Of a DNA stretch of 51,254 bases, positions 46,957-51,254 are shown in pieces. A program made the translations under genes and the position numbers. The notes beneath the pieces were generated by a model that did no database searches, was not told the origin of the DNA, and worked only from the letters and a program-made list of their open reading frames with translations. Origin of the DNA: Pseudogymnoascus verrucosus (lineage: Eukaryota); NCBI GenBank assembly GCA_001662655.1, contig KV460268.1; one strand, given 5' to 3'. Each line of letters begins with the position of its first letter. The first letter of the stretch is position 1.

Positions 46957-47508
46957 AACGAATGCACAGAATGCCTCTAAGTTAACTAATCACAATAACA
47001 AGATGCGAAATTGCGATGTATCTGAGATTTTCGATGGCTCTTGGCATCAACATAATGTATGGATACCAATTAACTTGAATACGTCTCCAGGCGCTGATCC
47101 CATTGTTAACAGGCTCGTTCCCGTATTCTCGTTCTGGCTTTGACATCGTAGCCCACAAGCCTGATCGAATTGTAGCCTGAACGAATTGTCTGTCATCATA
47201 GAGTTCATGCATTAGTATTAGTCGCGAAAATTGCTGAGCATTCGTTCCCGTTTACTCGCACCCAGCTCTAGGAATCTATAATTGGCATCGCAGTAGCATT
47301 AACGTCTCACTGAGGCTGAGCATTTGATAGTTATAAGAATCATTCCTTCTCCTTGCAACTCCATTCTCCTATCAGTATCACCCAATATTGATTTTTTCAG
47401 ACACCCTCATAATCTTTATTCAACTAGATCGCTTCCCCTCCTTGACTAATTTGCTTCATCCAATTTCATTTTTTTCAACTCAACACATTCTCCAAGCAGC
47501 TTATCGAA

Positions 47509-48416
47509 ATGACACAGGAGTCGCGCTGGCCTTATTCCCCTTCCTTAGCTGGCGGGGCTATCATGACCGGTATCTTCGCCATCTTGACACTCCTTCACAC
47601 GGTTCGCCTCTTCAGAACTAGGACCTGGTTCTGTATTCCATTTATCGTTGGTGGCATCTGTAAGTTTAGTATCCCCGATATACACTCGTTCCTCTAACTC
47701 TCTGCTGCAGTCGAAACTATCGGATATGGCGCACGCGCCGCTAGCAACTCTAATCGAGAATCCCTCCCGTTATACATTATGCAGGCGCTGCTGATTCTTC
47801 TCGCTCCAATCTTGTTCGCTGCTTCGGTATACATGATTCTAGGACGCCTGATCAGGGCAACCGGAGCTGAGTCCTATGCCATAATACGCGCCACCCGTAT
47901 CACCAAGATCTTTGTCGGGGGAGATATTCTTTGTTTCTTGGTACAAGCCATGGGTGCTGGCATGCTGTCTGGTGCCGATTCCAAAAAAGGGAAGGACAGG
48001 GGCCAGAATGTCATTCTTGGTGGACTTATTCTCCAGATCATCATATTTTTGTTGTTCCTTTTGGTTGCTATAATCTTTCACAAGAGGCTGCGTAATCGCC
48101 CAACCGGCAAAACTCTCGACGCTTCTATTACCTGGGAAAGGATGTTATCCCAACTGTATATTGTTAGTGTACTCATCACTATCCGCAACTTGTTTCGTGT
48201 CATCGAATACGCTGCTGGAGGTATGTTTTCCTAAGATTCTGCATTTGTTATAATCGTTAATAAAAATTTCCAGAGGATGGCTACCTGCTGCAAAACGAAT
48301 GGCCGATATATGTCTTTGACGCATTGTTAATGGCGACTGTCCTTGCCGTCTGCAATTTTTGGTATGTAGGAACGATGAGGCCTCGAGAAGACGACATTGA
48401 TCTTAGCTCGGCTTAA
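47509..48416 (+). CDS. RTA1-like lipid-translocating exporter
   Basis: Exons 47509-47659, 47711-48220, 48274-48416; motifs LLAPILFAASVYMILGRLI, TKIFVGGD, IRNLFRVIEY, EWPIYVFDA. Confidence 0.9.
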
Positions 48417-48906
48417 AGAGTGAAATTCGCATTTCACTTCAAACTGAGCTCTCGTTAATGTGTACTTTCCGGGTGACTTGGCAACTAGGTACCTGAATAC
48501 AGGAGTCTAGATGTCTAAGTTACCCAGCGCCGAAAAGTCAACAATCAATTAGTGACTATTTAAAAGAAGAAGATTCGAGGGTACTATGGATATTGATTCA
48601 AAGAAATTATTAAGAGTAAAATAGATTTTGTATTCTTTTTAGTATATTATTATTATAATACGATCTCACTAAAACTTTGATTTTCAAAATACATTTTTTC
48701 CGCAAGGCTGTCTGCGAGCTTACCATCTCGACAGATAAGATTATATGAAGCGGCAGATATTCTCCAGAGGAAAGGACTGAGATTGATCTAAGAAGAAGAC
48801 TTACGGATGCCCGCCGGCGAACCAGCAGCTGAAACAGATAGTAGATGAAAGGTCCATATGATGTCTTCAGGGACAACTGCAACAGGTTATACGTACAATC
48901 ACAGTT

Positions 48907-50650
48907 CTATAGTGTTTCTCTACGAGGCCGTACGTCGGCACGCACCGACTCGCGCACAGCCTGCTGCATCCACGTCAGGAGATCGCCGGGAGTCTGCTCA
49001 TCGATGACTGAGATGGGCGCCTGCATGGACTTGACGGCGAGGGATTTTGCGCGCATCAAGGTCAGCCAATACACGCCCATGACGCTGGCCGTGGCAGCCG
49101 CAAGGACGAAGAGCAAGATGACGGGCCATGGAACGCGCGCCCGTGGGGCTAAGCAGCCTTGAGTGGGGTCCATGGCGGGCGCCTCGCTCATATTCCACGC
49201 CGAGCCGCCCATGGTGACGATGACATCGAGAACCTCCACCATGCCGAGCGCAGGGTCGCTCTCCTCTGGCTCCGCCCACGGCTGTGGAGAAATAATCATC
49301 TCCTTGAGCTCGTTGCACCAGCTATCGATCATCGTGTCTAGCCGCGTTTGCGCCAGAATCCCCGTGATGGAAGGTGTGTCCATGATACACTCGTACACTC
49401 TGTACGTCTGCTCAGCCTGTAGGTTGGTCCCGTTTGAAGTCTCAACCGCGGCCCGTAAATCCCACGGCCTCCCAGACGCCGCTAGCTCAGACTGAGTCCA
49501 CACGACGCCTTGCCCGTAACCAGCGTTTCCGTGAACAGAGCCACAAGTGTAGGAGAAGGCAGTAAAGAAAAGCCCTCGGGCTTGTAGATCTAGAAGTACG
49601 TCCGCGGGATTCGTGCCCATAGGATATATCACGGTCTCGTTCAGGTCCTAGCACTTCCATCCCCCGACGGTGTCAGCCTCGTCAAAGTTGATATCGCTGT
49701 TAACCTTGTAGTAGATACCACCCAAACCACCATTACTCATGCTTATGAGTCGGGCAGCGCTAATCATCCTGTAAGTAGGGCCGAGGGGCGAAGGCTCGAC
49801 GAAATTCAGATCAGTGTGGGCTGAAAGTTGCGTCACAGTGTACAGCCCGGTCGTGTTGAAGGCACAGCGGCCGGGGACCATGGTCGTAAGCTAGAATATA
49901 AGGCTTTACCTACTTCCTATTGTTTTCTCTATAAATAATGCTACTAATCCCTCCTCTAAGACTAGTAAGTAGCTCCTCTAGATATATAGTAGAATACTAA
50001 TTAATTATTTAGATATAAAAACAATTCTAATAAACTAGTAGGTAATAAGGATATACTAGCATAGAGGTAATAACTTAGGCTAGGTTAATAGGAATTATAG
50101 ATTCTTAATTTTAAAGATACTAGTGCCTATGCCTACTAGGGCCCTTATAGCTACCTTCTATATACTTTATCTATACTACCCTTAGGCTAAATCCTATAGG
50201 ATCTAGTCCTATAACTACATCTAGTCCCTAGAGGAATAACGTATAAGAGGCAGTTAAGGGAAAATCTAGCTATTAGATAACCTTAGGAGACCTACTAGTA
50301 GAATTAGCAAAGTGATTTAGCTGTCTTATTCTACTTATCCTACCTAAAAATCTAATAATGTTAGAGTAAGTTATTCTTACTTAACTACTAGTAAGTCTTA
50401 CTACCTTTTTAGCTAATTATGATTTAGCCTTTATTACCTTAATTAGCATTAGATTTATGTTTTTATAGATTATATTAACTTAATTCGCCTAGGTTTAGAG
50501 GAGAAAGTTATAAATCTATCTAGCGTCCTCCAATAGAGAGTAGACACTAGCCGCCCTCTATAAAGGTAACTGCTCGACATATTAACATCTAACTTATTGT
50601 TAGAGAGTAGAATTAGACCCCTAGAAGATCTAGTATAGTTCGCTAATCAT
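48907..50650 (-). pseudogene. Hypothetical membrane protein gene, 5' part RIP-mutated
   Basis: In-frame ORFs 49648-49881 and 48907-49632 separated by one TAG; C-terminal TM (WPVILLFVLAAA); upstream sequence turns TpA-rich at ~49890; 5' boundary approximate. Confidence 0.6.
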
Positions 50651-51254
50651 CCATCTAAGTTAGACCTAGCCTAGGCGGTGACTAGCCCTTCATTTGATCA
50701 ACTACACGCTAATAACCAGTTATCGCATCCCTAAAGGATCGTGACGTCAGTAGAAGGCATACGTGTAGACATTAAAAACTCTCAGTGGCAACCACCTGGG
50801 TGCTGGCCCCTCAGCATCTCTTGGAAATTCTGATGAGCAGTCCACTAGAGATATGATGGATTACTTTTCCCAGGACGGTGATTGGCGTGAACAGGGGTAC
50901 ACTGACGCGAAGGAGCGTGCGGACCGGCCGTGGCCGGGGGAGGAGGGGTGTGCAGAGCGCTTTAGGGCAGCGGAGGTGCGAGTGCTGGGGTGGGCGGGGG
51001 TGGATGATTGTAAAGGTGTAGGCCCAGGGTCACGCGGGAGTTCAGGGAACCAGATCAGGAGGCAGGAAGGTGAGGTTATATAGCGTAACAATAGGTCTAC
51101 CTGAATACAGCGACTATTGACTGGAGTCCTCAACTGAGGCCCCAGCCCCTGATACCCTTCCATACCGTGAGCCCTAATAACCGGGCTATACCCGAATGAC
51201 CGCTCCACCGTAGGGCTGCCTTCGGCGTGGTACCTCACGTGCCATCACGTGAGG

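Noticed and set aside
50828..50875. Hammerhead ribozyme core (CTGATGAG + short stem)
   Set aside because: No GAAA after the putative stem II and no closing stems.
50750..51254. Possible 5' end of another transposon (P/S/R-rich ORF 50861-51238)
   Set aside because: No recognisable domain, TIR or TSD within the window.

Overview
Filamentous ascomycete DNA (Leotiomycete-like, possibly Pseudogymnoascus; the taxon is an inference). Core host genes (RasGAP, MARVEL-like membrane protein, neutral trehalase, F-box-like protein, cyclophilin-40) alternate with accessory islands. The main observation is a 5S rRNA gene split into two halves (24712-24774 and 37776-37833, minus strand) that rejoin into a 119-nt 5S. 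Between them is a ~13.0-kb insertion with a 2-bp direct repeat, offset imperfect terminal inverted repeats and inverted GGTGAG subterminal arrays, but no recognisable recombinase. This resembles a captainless, 5S-targeting mini-Starship. Its cargo is a divergent LysM/hevein gene and a killer-toxin-type GH18 chitinase ending in a NucA/NucB-like nuclease domain, plus a convergent gene of unknown function (candidate immunity factor). Two more copies of the same element-end/half-5S junction occur at 15708-15862 (next to a NACHT-ankyrin NLR) and 37904-38275 (next to a bacterial-type DUF488 gene and a RIP-mutated glyoxalase). Also present are a RIP-mutated hAT transposon with a nested MULE derivative, a TA-flanked MITE, several pseudogenes, and a Zn2Cys6 TF/RTA1 pair.
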